Below are positions 37,305-52,149 of a DNA stretch of 64,000 nt, piece after piece. Source of the DNA: Balanoglossus misakiensis (taxonomy: Eukaryota; Animalia; Hemichordata); NCBI GenBank assembly GCA_040954595.2, contig CM082595.2, positions 7,368,193 through 7,432,192 of the forward strand. Direction: 5' to 3'. The notes under the pieces are model-generated. The model was not told the DNA's origin. It saw only the letters and a program-made list of their open reading frames with translations, and did not search any database. Both the position numbers and the translations under genes were made by a program. Position 1 is the first letter of the stretch; each line of letters begins with the position of its first letter.

Positions 37305-39357
37305 TAATGTATACCCCAGTTGTGTGAAGTGGTAAAAGGGAGGGACATAGATGCAAATCAGCCTGGAAATCACAAACAATGTCTTACTGATGTAGAGTTC
37401 AGCAGTCTGAATAATGGAAAGTGGGGATAGCCGGAGAGATCACGTGCTTGCTTGACTTGCTGCCTAACTCGGTTACTCTCTGCCCTGCACCAGTTGCAAA
37501 CCATCTAATCGTCATTTGTAATACATCACATCATTAACGCACAGACAAAGAGAATAATTCTCTCCTTAAACGGCTAAACAACGTACTACGCTCCCCTCCT
37601 CCCTCGCGAGCCTTCCTTGTCGTATTCTCCCCGGGTTTTGAAAAAAGCAGGGCGGATATTTTGCATATTTCATGCATGCCATTAGCTTATGCTTACAGAT
37701 CTTGTAGTATACCACTTGAAGAACGTGACTGTACATCGCAGTCTTGGCTTGGTTAAAGTAAAGTGAGAACTACCCAGATATTGAGAATGGATAATAGAAC
37801 ATGATAAAATAATAAAGATAAGAGGGAATCTAATATTTATGATAAGAATGTTTCGGTTTTGCTTTAAAAGCATAGCTCTGAGTGTTATCAATATGAAAAA
37901 TGGAACAATGCTGGATAAAACTGTCTGAAGGTAATCATAATTATGGTGGCTGCAGTTTTGTACCTCGAGGGTTTGCATATTGCTTTGTGTGTTAGACGAG
38001 AAAACCACAGCTGCAGGCCTAACCTATGTGCACATGTCACGAAAAGAATTATGTGCGCGCGCAGTGGTTCGTTTTTGCTGCTTATCTGATCTTGCGATCC
38101 ACGCTTTGCACATAACTGTTTTTGAAATCTCACTATTGAGCGAGATTGCCAGTCTATCACAAGTGTTCTGTGCGTTATCACTGTCCGTTTCTGTGCTCCG
38201 AGGTTTTTTTCTATCTTCTTCAAAAGTATTGAAAGCTCTCAACAAAATCGTTCGGTACAACTATTACCCAAAACATTGGTCCCAGAACGCGATACCTTTG
38301 ATACCAGACCAAAATGTTGTTTCAAACAAATAAAGTCTGGAGAAACTTGCCCTAAGCGAGGGTTTAGTAATCTCGGTCCCATTTGCAATCCGTAAGGAAC
38401 TTAGGGAAAATACCCAACTATTGCCGCTGGACTACCCCACCTTTGCTGTCACCTAACCCGTTGGGCAGCTAAATTTTATAGATTTTGTAGTTTTACAGCC
38501 TTTTATTCCATCTCGACGATTAAGAATACGCTCTTTGCTATTAATACGCCTTACCTTGGCCCGACTTACGACCACGACAAAGATTTGTCTGCTGACAAAG
38601 TAGATTCACTCAATCTTATCTTTATAAAGGTGTCGATCGCTATCACGTGTCGATCGCTATCACGCATAGCATTCTTATAGTTATGTTGGTGTCATTATTA
38701 CATCAAAATTTCATACCTTGGGGCTTGCACTGTAAGTTATTATTGTTGCCGGCTATTGCTCCTGTAACTCTTATCAATTCGTTCCTTGCCAAGTGGGGGC
38801 GCTGTGCTATACCCCACCGTCCCTTCACTCCGATGTCATTTCAGATACAGATATTGTCATATAAAACCAGAAATGTCGGCAGAGCCATGAATGCCTACAA
38901 TAAAATTATATTATTATTGTATTGCAGGGTTGTTCAAGATGCGAAAGGTAGTTGGTCATCCGTGTTATTTACCAAATTTGTGTTGTAATTAGGGGCCTAC
39001 ACCATTTGTTTACCTTCTAGATGTCCATTTACATGTATCTTGTAGTGGTAGAAGTCTATAATAATTCTACGTTGCTTGAATTTGAATTTGTTTTCAAATT
39101 TGAGGTTCGTAGTCACTTATCATCTTCCGTGATCTCTTTTGTCTTTCCTGGTTAAATAAATTACGCGTGGACTAGTCGCTTTCATTGACAAATTGAAATC
39201 TAGCTTTACCCCTCGTGTCATGACGCCCCCTGACTTCTGTTTTGATGATTTCACTCAGTCGTGTATTTTTTGTTCACAGTCTGCTGCCTGTTTTTGTATT
39301 CGGGACCTTCTCACATGAAGTGACGATTTTCCTTTAATCTTGGAATATATTCCGAGT

Positions 39358-39830
39358 CGTGACAGCTACTTCGTTGTGTCCTAACCTCGCTTCAGTTAAA
39401 ACGGTCAGCCCCGGGCATTTCTAGGACGTGATGCAGACATTTACTTCGCGTGGAGAGATGTGATAAAGATATATTTTAAACGTGTTTATTTAAATTGGAG
39501 GGATTCCACTGTTTTCTATTCATCTCAAAAGTACACTTTGAGAAGGGCAGGAATTGAGCGTATCTATCATAGCAAACTATATATTGATATAGTTTACCAT
39601 AGGGTGAGTGAACATTGGCCGTGACAGCTACTTTTTGTGTCCTAACCTAATTCTATTAAAATGGTCAGCCAGAGCATCTCTAGGCCGTGGGAGATGAATC
39701 AAATATTTCAAACATGTTTATTTCAATTTTGAAAGATTGGACTGTCTTTCACACATCTCAAAAGTACTTGAGAAGGGCAGGCATCGTAGCAAACTAAATG
39801 GATATATTTAAGCGCGTGGGGTGAACATCC
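39358..39830. repeat. Diverged tandem duplication (two copies, ~260 and ~210 bp)
   Basis: CGTGACAGCTACTT..TTGTGTCCTAACCT at ~39358 and ~39620; both copies contain CATCTCAAAAGTAC..TTGAGAAGGGCAGG and TAGCAAACTA and end in GTGAACAT. Confidence 0.85.
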
Positions 39831-40119
39831 GTCAATAGGTACCCTATTTGAGCTTTCTACTTTCAACCATGTGGTCTAATTTTCAATCTTGCAATGTTGA
39901 ATTTAAAGTTCAAGATATCTGTAAATTAAAGCCACTGTTTTTTTGCAGCTGATCATGACTCCTATGTTATCTGCCAACATGTTTTTAATGCCCTGTTTCT
40001 ATGGTAACCATGGCAGGGCTGAAAATATACACTTTTCCCAAATTCCATAAAAGGTACTACACCGTAATAGTCAGAGAGAACAAATATGACGACACATCGT
40101 CAATCAGGGACTATGGATT

Positions 40120-40285
40120 ACCTCCAATTTACATACGCCCATATATGGCTGAAATGGCGTATTTGAGCGTTCTAAAGAACACATGGTGGCGCTCTTTCTT
40201 TCGCGTGTGCCACCATCTAAAATCTGTGATTGGCTGGCTCAATTTGCCATGGTAACTATAGATAATTTTCCATAGATGGCCGTGT
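40120..40285 (+). mobile_element. MITE family A copy 3 (left TIR lost)
   Basis: ACCTCCAATT.ACATACGCCCATATATGGCTGAAATGGCGTATTTGAG... is nearly identical to 9156-9320. Confidence 0.85.
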
Positions 40286-41162
40286 AAGTTGAGAAGTTGT
40301 TTGCTTTTTCTCAAAAATACTGTGTCTTTTACGTGCCACTCGTCTTTTCGATATTTGCTTGTCGTAAATTTCAATGTTTGCAAAAATATTCCCGGAGGAA
40401 TTGGTTCTTTAGAAAAAGGTAACACACCGTTCAAGCATTCTCAAGAACTCTCAGTATAGGGTCTTGATGAATGGATTATTTATTCTTGAAATATGAATAC
40501 GCTGTGCATGTAACATCGACCTGATAAACTTCGTCGTGCCAAATGGTGCAACTAAGATTAGCAAAATTTGTTCACATCACGCTGAAGACAGCTCACAATT
40601 GTCTCACATCACGAACGTCAGACCCTATGTTCGCCCCACTTTCTTTCAAACGTTAAGGTTGAAATTTTGTAGGCCCTACTCCTAATGCGAACACGCTACA
40701 AAATGTGTGCAATAACCGACACCGTTTACGTGTTTCTCCTGCCCAATAGAAGGGAGGGTTGAATGGCACCCCGAGGCAAGTTTGTCATTCAATGGGATGT
40801 GCACCACACGGAGCTCCAGAAAATTTACATGTATCACTATATTTGAGTCGTGTTGGTTCTTTAATCCCACATAATGCGCGCGCCTGTATCTTAGTTATAT
40901 GGTTAACAGAGGTAAATAATTTAAAATAAATTACATATCCCAAATTTAATTAGTGATAACAAGCAAGGTGATAACTTACAAAGACAATATTTCACAGGTT
41001 GACATTGGCGGACAAGCAATCCAACTGAAAAGCGTTTTACTTGGAGGCCTTACACCAAGCCTTGATTCAGAGTCGGTTGGATCACTTTTGATTTAGTAAT
41101 TCCCTCCAGACTTCTGTTAATGAATATAATATAATATGATATGATCTAACTGTTCTGATAAA

Positions 41163-41218
41163 CAGACAGACAGACAGACAGACAGACGGATGGGTGGGTG
41201 GTTGAATGGTTGTCTGGG

Positions 41219-41262
<44 letters not shown>

Positions 41263-41288
41263 CAGATAGATAGATAGATAGATAGATA
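41163..41288. repeat. (CAGA)n...(GATA)n microsatellite
   Basis: Directly visible. Confidence 0.95.
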
Positions 41289-42198
41289 CCTCAAAGCGTT
41301 AATAATACAAAATGTTTTTTTTACGGTTATTTAAATTGCTGTCACGTGATAGTTTGTGAACAATGATCACACTGAAGCAACTAAAACATTGCTCTATATC
41401 TAGACTTTCAGAAAATATATACTTTGAGGGAATTCTGAGTTCAATTATTATTAGAGAAATGCATGTTTCCAAGAGTACACATATTCCATGTTCACTCTAT
41501 AGAAGAGGGTGACCGTGGAGCCGACAAGGATAACAATAGAAGTTTTCTTTCTCAATGAACTTTACAATCCCACAGTGTCTGATTCTCCCCCTCCAGTGAT
41601 TCCGTAAAATCGTGCGTATTTGCCGTAATTCTCGTTACTTACTATATACGCATACACATAATGCCAAAATCTGTATACAATCATTGCATCGAGATGTTAG
41701 AGTGTAACTTTTCTGTCAATACAAGAACATTTTTTGTGAATTGAAAATAGTAAGTGAAACGTGATCTTGACTGGGTTAACACGTTACAAATCCTATTTGT
41801 CAATGAATGACAGGCATCAAATATCAAAATGAAATGCATTGATCACTTCACCCAAATGTATTCGCTGTACTGTTAGAGTCTTCCATAGGAACACCTTGAA
41901 CACATGTGTGTTGTAACCCCTCTTGCAATAAACTATGTTGTCTTCCACTGCTCTGTGCTTCGACGAGTCTCTATACTTTGGTAGATCCTTGTACATCTGG
42001 TTGATACCACAGGGCAAGAAACCCCAGCAGTAACACTTGGTGGATGTGATAAAGCAGTAATACTATCGATTGATTGATCTATCTTTCCATCGAATTGTTA
42101 GACCGAATGTTTGATACCTAGATAGATCGATACCGATCACTTATCGATCCAACATCTATCGAGCATCGATCGATCTAATTTGATTGAGTCATCGGTCA

Positions 42199-42402
<204 letters not shown>

Positions 42403-42405
42403 AAA

Positions 42406-42574
42406 CGTTACAAGTTTTAATGGACGTTATCGGTAAATGTTCACTACTTTATCGGTTCGAAAAAAAATTACTACGTTTATATCAGTTGATTCGGTACATT
42501 ATCGGTCATTAATTTATACTACGTTATCGAATTCCCTACGTTATCGGTTAGTTACTACGTTATCGGTTGTAACA
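42406..42574. repeat. Cluster of ACTACGTTATCGGT motifs bounded by GTTACAA...TTGTAAC (transposon subterminal-repeat-like)
   Basis: About 7 variants of (ACT)ACGTTATCGGT with short spacers and a short terminal inverted repeat. Confidence 0.6.
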
Positions 42575-45362
42575 GGCGCTCCCTAAAGACTACTTTTCTA
42601 CGGAGGCGGTTATATGTGACTGCACTGGGAAGTGCGAGCATCCATTAAACAGATTATTCTCAGATTATTCTCAGCACGCTGGTCGAATAGACATCTGACA
42701 CTGCAAATATGACCGCTGTAATTTCTATCATCACACTTTAGAAGTGAAAAAAATATTATAGACTTCGAAATGAACGTTTGGGGATTAATTTTCCCGTATA
42801 GGGCTACGTCGCTTATTTTTTGATAGATGGAACCACAGAGTAGTCAACAGCAACTGGCGTAAACGGTGAAAATTTGTCTTTGTCGTCTGTTGAAGGTTGG
42901 GTTTTAAGACATCCTTTAACATATGATGCGAAAGTGTTGAAAAGACGATAATATTTAATAATTTTGGCATGGCCCTTTTCGTATTTTGCGTGTACGTAAT
43001 CGTTATTGTAAAATCCGTCGTGTACTGGTGTGAGAGGACACGAGTCTACTGCAGGTGACCTGTTTGTTTACTGTTCTGTGGATTTTGAAAGTTCGACAAT
43101 CACTTCAATATGCAATCATGTTGACGTTAAACTGAGTCACTTCGAGACGATTCTGCGATTCAATACAGCAATCACACACCACAAGATCTCTATAGTGTCC
43201 ATGCACACGATGCTAGCAATAATGCTAAAAAAACTCGTGGGAATTCTATGCCGGCAATTCGTGAGAACCAAATGATGTCTCTAGGATGCGGAAGTTATTC
43301 TGCACGAAGTATGCGGCACGGATGTTCGCACTGAAATTCACTACAATATGCATTATTACCAAGTTATAATAATTTGCCAACCTCATATGGCGCACTCCGC
43401 TGTCGTGGGTTTCGCTTATAAAGGCGTGCGTCTCAAAGCCAACTATTTATCAAGAGCTCTTGTGTTGTATTCACGTTACTCGGAAGAGTGATATCATAGT
43501 ACAGGACATATTGTGAATCTGAGTGTCATAAATCGTATTGTGTTGCTAGCATGTAAAAAATATATTTACAGACTTGAAATATGTGCATACAACAACAAAT
43601 ATCTTTTCGTTCAAAAACTTTTCAAATGACGTTACAAGACTGATCTCTTCTAACGCGTGCGACTAAGTCATCTAACTTTATTACCAAATCATCCACGTTA
43701 CTATATTTCCGTTTTCCTATACGGTAGTCAAACTTCATATTCCACCGTTGCATTCGTCGCCTATCACTTTCACTAGAGGACAGCAAATGCCTCAATGTTT
43801 ATGAATACTTTATTACCATTTATCCTTTTGGTTCAGGGTAAATTTACTTGATTTTATATTCACAGATTTCATATTTCTGGTAAGTAGCAACCTAAGTGAA
43901 AACAGCAAAACTATTATCCGTGAAAACTATGTTCTTAAAGACGGACGATCGTCTTATATTCGCATGTTCATAATTTCGTCCAATCGAAATGTCCTGGCAA
44001 ATTTGGCTTCTTTTCACCCGATTTGCTATTTTTCCCGATCTCCGACACAGACTTTGGTTGCCGCCACCTTGTCTGTTGTTAGGACAACACACTGCTTCAT
44101 GGCATTGATTGTACGATTATTATTACCAGAGTCTCTGGTTTGGCACATGCGCATAAGACGATCCTCGCCCTTTAACTACACTCTGACTCATTGTCTTCAT
44201 TTTTCTCTAATGCTTTCCCCGTCTCCTCTGATAGTGTCTTGTCATTATAATTTGTGCTCTGGACACATTTACTTTCTTCTCTTTAATGCGCGCCGTTCTC
44301 TGTATTTTAATAGGTCAATATATTCCCCTCGTGTACTCCCACATCTCTATTTTATTGACGAAATGGATTAGTAATTTCCATTGACCTATATCCTTCCCGA
44401 TTCGGGTGCAATTTGGGGACTATTTGCTATCTTATTTTTCTGACTATGATTTAGCTTTACCTTGGCCCAGATAATGCCTGAAGCACCCCCCGCGCTTTTC
44501 TTCAGTACATTGATACATTTACAGGTGATGTTATGCAGTGGGCATGCAGTTTTGTAGTTTTTAAGGATTCGTTGAAGCCTCTGCTTTCAGCGTTCTCTTT
44601 GAAATTAAAAAGGGGAACTTACATTGGGGCGATATTATTTCATTTTTTGGTGTGGACAAGTCTCTTTCCGACTACTGGTGCTTAAAACAATAGTGAAACG
44701 CCGGAACGATGCGTTAACGGGCAATGAAAACAGAAAATGTCGGAAACAAACTATCACCGGCTAAAACTTCCATATAAAATAAAAGACGACAGATAGTTTA
44801 CACGAAAGCAATATTTAATAATTTTTGACAGATAAGTGTAAATTGTAAAGCTGTTGTTTTATTTAAATAACATGTGTATAAACGTTTAATACTTTTTTGA
44901 ATGAAAATAAAATATAGTTATTGCAAACGTTACACGTCAACACCATTCAATCTTTGATTTCATTGCGCCGTGTTGTGAAGATGTATCGCGGAAACTAACA
45001 CCGGTGTCATTATAAGATAACATCTTTCTGGCATTGACGTATCGCAAAGTCAGAAGTTTGAACTATAGGACGTCTTAGAATTGACACGTATATGTGAGGT
45101 TTAAAAGTGTTGTGACAGTTTTTATGTCCAACACTTATCAAAACTACTGTCAGCGTTAAAAGCACCTGACAATTATTGACACCATAAAAGGGGAGATGTC
45201 TGCTGTGTGATCACACGTTACTGTACTATTAATAGCACCTGAGCTTTTAGAGGGGAGGCCGGTGATTTTAAAGAGGTTTCAGTAAGAGTTCTCCAGGTTT
45301 CCCTGTCCGCAGTAGAATGTCACACCTTTTTGTCAAAATTAGCGACGCCAGCGCTGTCTTAA

Positions 45363-45530
45363 AGATATACGGTGACCCATATCATGCAAATTTAGCTACA
45401 GTACCATGACAAATTGAGATCCACGCAATCACAGAATTTTTAGTGGATGGCACACGAGAAAACAAGACCGACACCATATGTTCTTTAGAACACTCACATA
45501 GACCATTTTAACCATTTATGGACAATATGT
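45363..45530 (-). mobile_element. MITE family A copy 4 (diverged)
   Basis: TTAA|AGATATACGGTGACC...ATGCAAATTTAGCTACAGTACCATGACAAATTGAGATC...CAATCACAGA...GTTCTTTAGAACACTC aligns with 14867-15030. Confidence 0.75.
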
Positions 45531-48500
45531 AAATGTGAGGTGAACGTGAAACTTGTAATTAACAATGATAAAGCAATGCGCCGAATCCGGGTAAGTTGGA
45601 ACACCGCGCATCGAAGACGCGAACTAAATTTTGCATGCATGCAAATTTCTGTGTACAGGTTAGTACGCGAAACACTGACCAAATGTAAAATTCATGTAAA
45701 AGTAGTACGCGCCTCCGAACTCTTAAACCTTCCTCACGTTTTGCTGAAGGCAACTTAAATTTTATATTAATACTCTCTTTAAATTGAGAATAAAAGGTAG
45801 GTGCCTCGGTGCTCAACTTTGAATAAGTTATAAAATTATGTCAAATTGTCTCAAATATCCGTTTTCACTCTATGGGGAAAATTTAAAGTAGTGATTTTAT
45901 GAAAACAAGACGGTAAACTCCTTTGTTTTCAAAAATCCCTCACATAATTTAATATAGCAACGAATAAGAAGGTTTGGACGACTTACATTTTTTTCTGAAA
46001 ATCTATCCCGGAGGCAGATAATATCTTAAAAAGATCTAAGTCATAAATTATTCTGTATCTGACCGAAACAGGGTCAGCACCAAATCTTCTGTCCGTTAGC
46101 GTTGTTTTCATTTCCGTTGCCGTGTGTCGCATGTGGGTGTAGTCATTTGTACCAATGTTTATGGTATGTATCTGAGCTCTAAAATAGCTAAGATATCTCA
46201 ATAAATATCAAAGCCATTTCGTTCCTTTCACACGTTTTGTCTTAAGAAATGAACTTATTTGACAGTACCGGGAAGCTAATTCAAAACATAGCGTGACATT
46301 GGCGCCTTCAATTACGCCTGTAACCGTGTCAGTACTGTCAGCCTTGAAGTTTTCAATGTTTTATGCATTGTGTATTGCGGTAACCCTCGTACCTGTACAT
46401 TACCTTATTAAATACTAGGCCTGACATCGACAATGCAGAAATAAATTCCTTATTACGGGTTCTTTATCAAAGATTATTTATTACTTCCGTTTTTATCCAA
46501 TATATTATCTTCTTAGATACAATATCACCCACTGTCGTTTGGTTGCACTGCCATCAAACACAGTCTACATCTGGTGCCCCATAGGTGTTTGAATGCTCTG
46601 ATGCATTACAAGATAAGTATGTTGTTGCAGACATTGTTTCCAATAACATCTTTCAGTGACTGGCGGGAGGGTGACCGAGGAGTACGGCATAATCTCTTTG
46701 CACTTTCTCTCATCACTTTTAAATGAATTTGGCATCAAGTTACCGCATGATGACTTGGCCTTATTACCCATCCTAAAATCTATGCGAATCATAAACAGTA
46801 AGACAAAACACACTACATACTACATCTGTGTAATGGCTCCCTACATGCAAAGATTGTAACAAAATGGCTATACGTGGTGCCATATTGCGTCACAAATCAT
46901 AGACGTGTATATGTATGTAATTTTCTTGTTGTTGCTCACTGAATGTTTCGATGTAGAGCTCGACATACAAATATTGGGTAACGTGTACGATCCGTGGCTA
47001 CCTGCGATTATACTCGGAATTTTTGAAAGTGGTTGCTTTACAGTGGTTTGCTATTGTTCTGTAAAGGCTTGCGATTCAAAATACGCCAAAAAGCGAATTC
47101 CTTGGTCTCAATATGGTATTCTTCGATATCAAATGACGTCAGACGCGCTCAGGCGGCAGTTACGTTGACATTCAAATTTCCAGCTGACGGGAAACGTCAG
47201 AAACATGGTGCAGACAAAGACTTGCAAACGAAACGCCATGAGGCTGATGAGGCACCATACTTTATACATGTACATGTTACATGTCTGGCGGTTCTAAACA
47301 CATTCGGAAAAACTTTTACTGGATGCCGAAATATTGCTTGCCTGTCATCTGGAAATGACAACGCCGTGGGTCTCATGGCCAGATCACGTGATTTATAGTA
47401 AAGCATGGAATTTCACTTGGTCGCAGGTAACCACGGATCGTGTACATATTAGTCTCCAGTTACGAGTGACAGTCACTGTGGTCAATTTTCATTTGTATCG
47501 CCTACCACCGTTAAAAGTAAGATACATCTGATAACTCTTTTGTTAAAGGCGCATTTGGTAGAAAATACAGGATATATATATTTAGATAAACTACGGTCTC
47601 TCCTCCACGAATACTACATTCAAATGTCAGTGCAGTGACGTCATGTTGTGTGGCCTAGATTCCTAATGACCGATGACCGACATCTGCTGACTATTGCACT
47701 AAACGGACGCGGCAACCGGAAAGTTACATTGTAGGTTCCCCGGTCTCAGCGCCTGTCGGTTACTAATGAAACGTCAACCAACATGCAGTATACCTTTCGG
47801 CTACACGTTTGTAATTTGTACTCGTGTGTGCTTGCGGGGAGACGAGACAACTTAAATTGGTCTGTATTTGAAATCAAGAGTGAATTTTGGACGTACATGA
47901 CTGTAGTCATTAAGCACAACCTGCTGAATCGCGTACTACCGCAACTGCGGTCAGAAAAGGTGGATTTTCGTAAAATTCGACCAAATCCTCGAATTTGTCC
48001 ATATAAAGTTCTCAAAAAATTGGCATACGACTGTAGAATTCAATCGGACAGCAATTCAATTAACATACATTCAGACAATATCGAAGGGTTCCGCATAAAG
48101 CATCCACAGCTTTGCCAAACATTAGGCCTATGTGAAACCGTTTGACTATTTCTTCATCAATATTAGCCTTACGAACCAGTGGACTACGCAGATACAGTGC
48201 ATAGTTCTCTTATTCCATACCCTAAGATGTCGAATTTTGAAAAAAAAATAGTGTTGCAATGTTATCATTTACTTGAAATTCACAGAAAAGCTTTAGAAAA
48301 CGCTATGACACCGTGAGCTAGAGCTAGCACTGTTCAGATGTTGTTCACCAAAGGAGAACTATGTCATGATGAGTTCAAGAAAAGTGTCGACTCAGCATTT
48401 TCGTCCACGGTATTTTAGACCACCCTGTTTTCTCTTTAGTTTTATACTTATAATTAATTGATATATACATTATAAGAATCGATACAATGACAATGTTTTC

Positions 48501-51500
48501 AATTTAGAGTAGCCTCCAATACTACGACCATGCACAATATATTACGATTGAATTTATGCCGACTCGCCAGCGCGTGACTATCACATATGCACAGTCTCTA
48601 TACGCGGTATTGAAGATGTTTGGCTGTAAGCCACTGGCACAATGCACTCTCATAATTCACGAATAGCATTTTATGAAAGTCTATTCATGTTGTCCACATC
48701 ATTTCTACGAAATTTAAATTTCCTAGAAAAGCTGACGTTTGGGCATGCTTAAGATACAAAAGGATATAAAGAATCCTAAGGACACGACCCAGACGCTTTA
48801 AACACTAAACTCCCTTATATAATGAAGATTATAGTAAGACTATGCAAATGTGAAAAAGTCAGGCTACTGGCAAGACGTACTGTGTGTGCTCCCGGATTTT
48901 GAGAAAATCACCGGGTTTATGACATTCATTGTCATCCAATCTTACATATGATATCCATGAATACATAGCGAGTATTTATATGTGGAAAATACATTGGAAA
49001 ATCCTACACTGGTAATATATAAAGAGAACGCAGTTTTTCCTCGAAAGAGTTATGCTATAATGGCCGTTTGACCCCATTTGTAAAAAGTCAATGAAATCAG
49101 TCAACCATGATTATTCAAATTCAAACAACTGCCTAAGCGATGTTTGCTCTCACTGGTCAAGACAAATATAAACCACGAACAAATCTGCGAAATATCGTTA
49201 TGTAGACAATGTATCCAAACACGTAGATTCTACCATAGTTCATGTTTTTTCCACTAGCGACTGTCCATGAAATGACCTTTATTGATGACCAACGTAATAG
49301 TCACAATATGCATGAAACGCAATATGCTTTCAGTCCCATGGAAGGTGCTAAAAGCGTAGCCTATTGACGCCAATTTCTCACGACACGCTTTGAAATCGTC
49401 GATGCGATAGATATCTCAAAATCGGTCATTTTCTCAATGAGGTGAGTATATTGTTGAAACATTCGCCGATAGCAGAAAAAAAGACCCAATTCGATTCGCT
49501 CTGAAAAATATGTGTCGACAACTGCCTGTAATTTTAGGCTATCATGTATTTTCATCTTCTTTCATGAGCAGAATTGAACTCTGCAAACCACTACAGACCT
49601 ATATGTATCTATACACTAAGTTGACGTAACTTTTAATAGTGTTACCGTACATTGTTGAAGACCTTTCATTTTTACGATCCCGTGCGTGATTCGATTGCCC
49701 GTGGTCGAATGTTAAAAGCTTATCACAACACGACGTGAAAAAGGGGTTGTTCGAGTGATGTATTCCCAAAGATGGAAGATAAGACGCTCGATCAAATGGA
49801 CTTTTGTACAGACCAGTCTCCTTAAAATCCCAAACGAGCGATGTAAAATGAAATGGGGAATTCGAACTGGTGAATAATGTTTGCGAGTTTGGTCTATAGG
49901 TGCGTCCTTTAGGTAACTTCGCCAATGTGCCGGAGATGCTGTCAAGGACGAACACCACGTCGTCGTCCGCGGTGCCACTGCATAGGCGCGTCTTATAGTT
50001 TAAACCTCTGCTTCATAAATTGCATCATATTTTTCACCATCTTCTGTCATCGTGTAAAATGTGTGATTGTAGACCTTGATAAATTCTTCTACTATTAAAA
50101 CTCACGCGGAAGTCAAATATACACGCAATGGTGCATTAGCTGCTGATGGCAGTAGGGAAAACATCATTGCATTCAGGGCCGGTTGATTGATCGTGTATCG
50201 CATCTTGCTACAGAAAAGTACTTTCATTTTTTTTTTCGATCATTTGTGATTGTGTTTCAAGACAATATTCTGTATGGGTCGGTGGTGAAATCCGTTACAA
50301 TTTAATCCTCCCTATAGGAAAACAGATAGTTTATGCTCTTGTAATAAGCTGCATTTCGAACAGGGAACTGTTGGCCACCGCAACTGTATGAACCTATTTC
50401 GTTTTCGTCACTTTTTCTGACGGAAAACAAGTGAAAAATGGAAAGTGTAAAATGGTACAGGTATTGAAGTTCATTCGGTCAGGAGTGCAATTTTTGACAA
50501 AAGATTCGCATCACAGTCTTACTAGGCCCCCTAAGTGCATTCTATCTTGATCAGGAGACTTTGCATCTTTGGACACTTTGATTGATCGGGTGCAGAGAGA
50601 CGATTCTCGCGAGTTGACGCTACTTACACCTCAGGGCTATACGGTTACCCTTTCCACATAACACATCCACAGAAATGTCGCACCCTCCCTAATAAATACA
50701 ACTATTTGTAGATGTTTACAGTTTAGAACCACTTTGAAGATAATTTGGAGGTGTGGTTGTCGTAAAGGGGTATGTTATCTTGAGCTAGATTGCTATACCC
50801 AGTGGGATGGATGCGCGCTGAGTGACGTCAGATGCCGAACCTCTGCTCGCTTCGAAGTAATACGGGGATTTCGACCTCGAAACACACAGGACCGATATTC
50901 AGCAAAATCACTCAGTAGTTTAATAGAGCGGTTATATCCATACAAAAAAGGACCAATAATATGTCCAACCCGTTTCTATCTATACAAACAACCTAAAACT
51001 TTGAAAATGTCTCACGCGCTCTAGTCATGCAGACAAAACAATGTTTTGGTTTATTTTCCTAGACCAGATCCAATTTCAACCCCTGATCTGGAAGGTGGCT
51101 GTATATTGCAACTTTTTTAAAAAATATCTCATCCCATTAACCAAATACGGGGTCAATTAACGCGCACGTGGCCATATAACAGAAAAAAAACGTGTACAGG
51201 TTGTGTTTCTAATAATTGATATTTATTGTCAACACGTAAACACCGTTTTCTGGTGTGAAATACATATTTACATGAAGGTGTACCTTACGGCGCATGATTT
51301 CTTTCAAAATTAATTTAGGTCATGGTCTTATTTTCGTAGTCATACTTATATTTTCTACTCAAGCCCTAAGATGATTTCGAAACAAACAGTACGCCGTGGT
51401 TTCGTTAAAAAGTACCAGACCATAAGAATGAATATGGAAAAAAAAACCTATTTTAGCCACACAAATACTATTAAAAAGAAAAACAATGTGGAAATGGTAT

Positions 51501-51775
51501 AATTTTATATTGATACGTTATATAACTAAGTGTTGAATAAATAGAGTTGTATGAAAGGAAACCATTTTCCATGGTGTTCCAGTTATCATCATAAACATAC
51601 TGATACATGGAAATTGATTGGATGACAAAGCGTTCTATAATGACGCGCGCTAAATGTTATCCAATGGCGCGATGTGTATTAGACGGTCAGAAACTACAAC
51701 GTGCCACACGACAGTTACACAGTCAATTGTTCAATGTTTCTAATACGAATTTGGCTAATTTGTGACTGTGTGAGA

Positions 51776-51929
51776 AATAGAATCTCACACACCAAGGACC
51801 TAGGATCATATTTCTCACACTCGTTGGGGATATTTTATCCCGCAATCGCCTGTGGCCCGCGTGGGACAAAATATTCCCGACGAGTGTGAGAAATTTAATC
51901 CCAGGTCCCTGGGAGTTTGAGATTCGATT
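51776..51929. mobile_element. Foldback/palindromic element (~65-bp imperfect arms)
   Basis: AATAGAATCTCACACACCAAGGACCTAGGAT..ATTTCTCACACTCGTTGGGGATATTTTATCCC pairs with GGGACAAAATATTCCCGACGAGTGTGAGAAAT..ATCCCAGGTCCCTGGGAGTTTGAGATTCGATT. Confidence 0.75.
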
Positions 51930-52149
51930 AATTCTTATTTAGTTCATTGTTTGTTTTTATATGTTTGAATGTCCCCAATGTATCATGGAAATGTCACGTA
52001 AATTATTCTATACAAGTATATGGGCGGTGCAAATAGAGAAATATTCGTGATATACCACGGTTGAAACTGCCCAGGTAATAATTTTGTCACAAATCGTTTT
52101 ATTCCATTAACTGTGTTGGTTTTTTTGCTTCAATAAAATCTTGTTTTAA

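Noticed and set aside
38629-38664. 17-bp direct duplication GTGTCGATCGCTATCAC x2 (and 11-bp CAGATTATTCT x2 at ~42650)
   Set aside because: Simple slippage duplications with no intervening element.
42420-42574. Spaced ACTACGTTATCGGT repeats as CRISPR-like
   Set aside because: The repeat is only ~14 bp and degenerate, with very short irregular spacers; it fits transposon subterminal repeats better.
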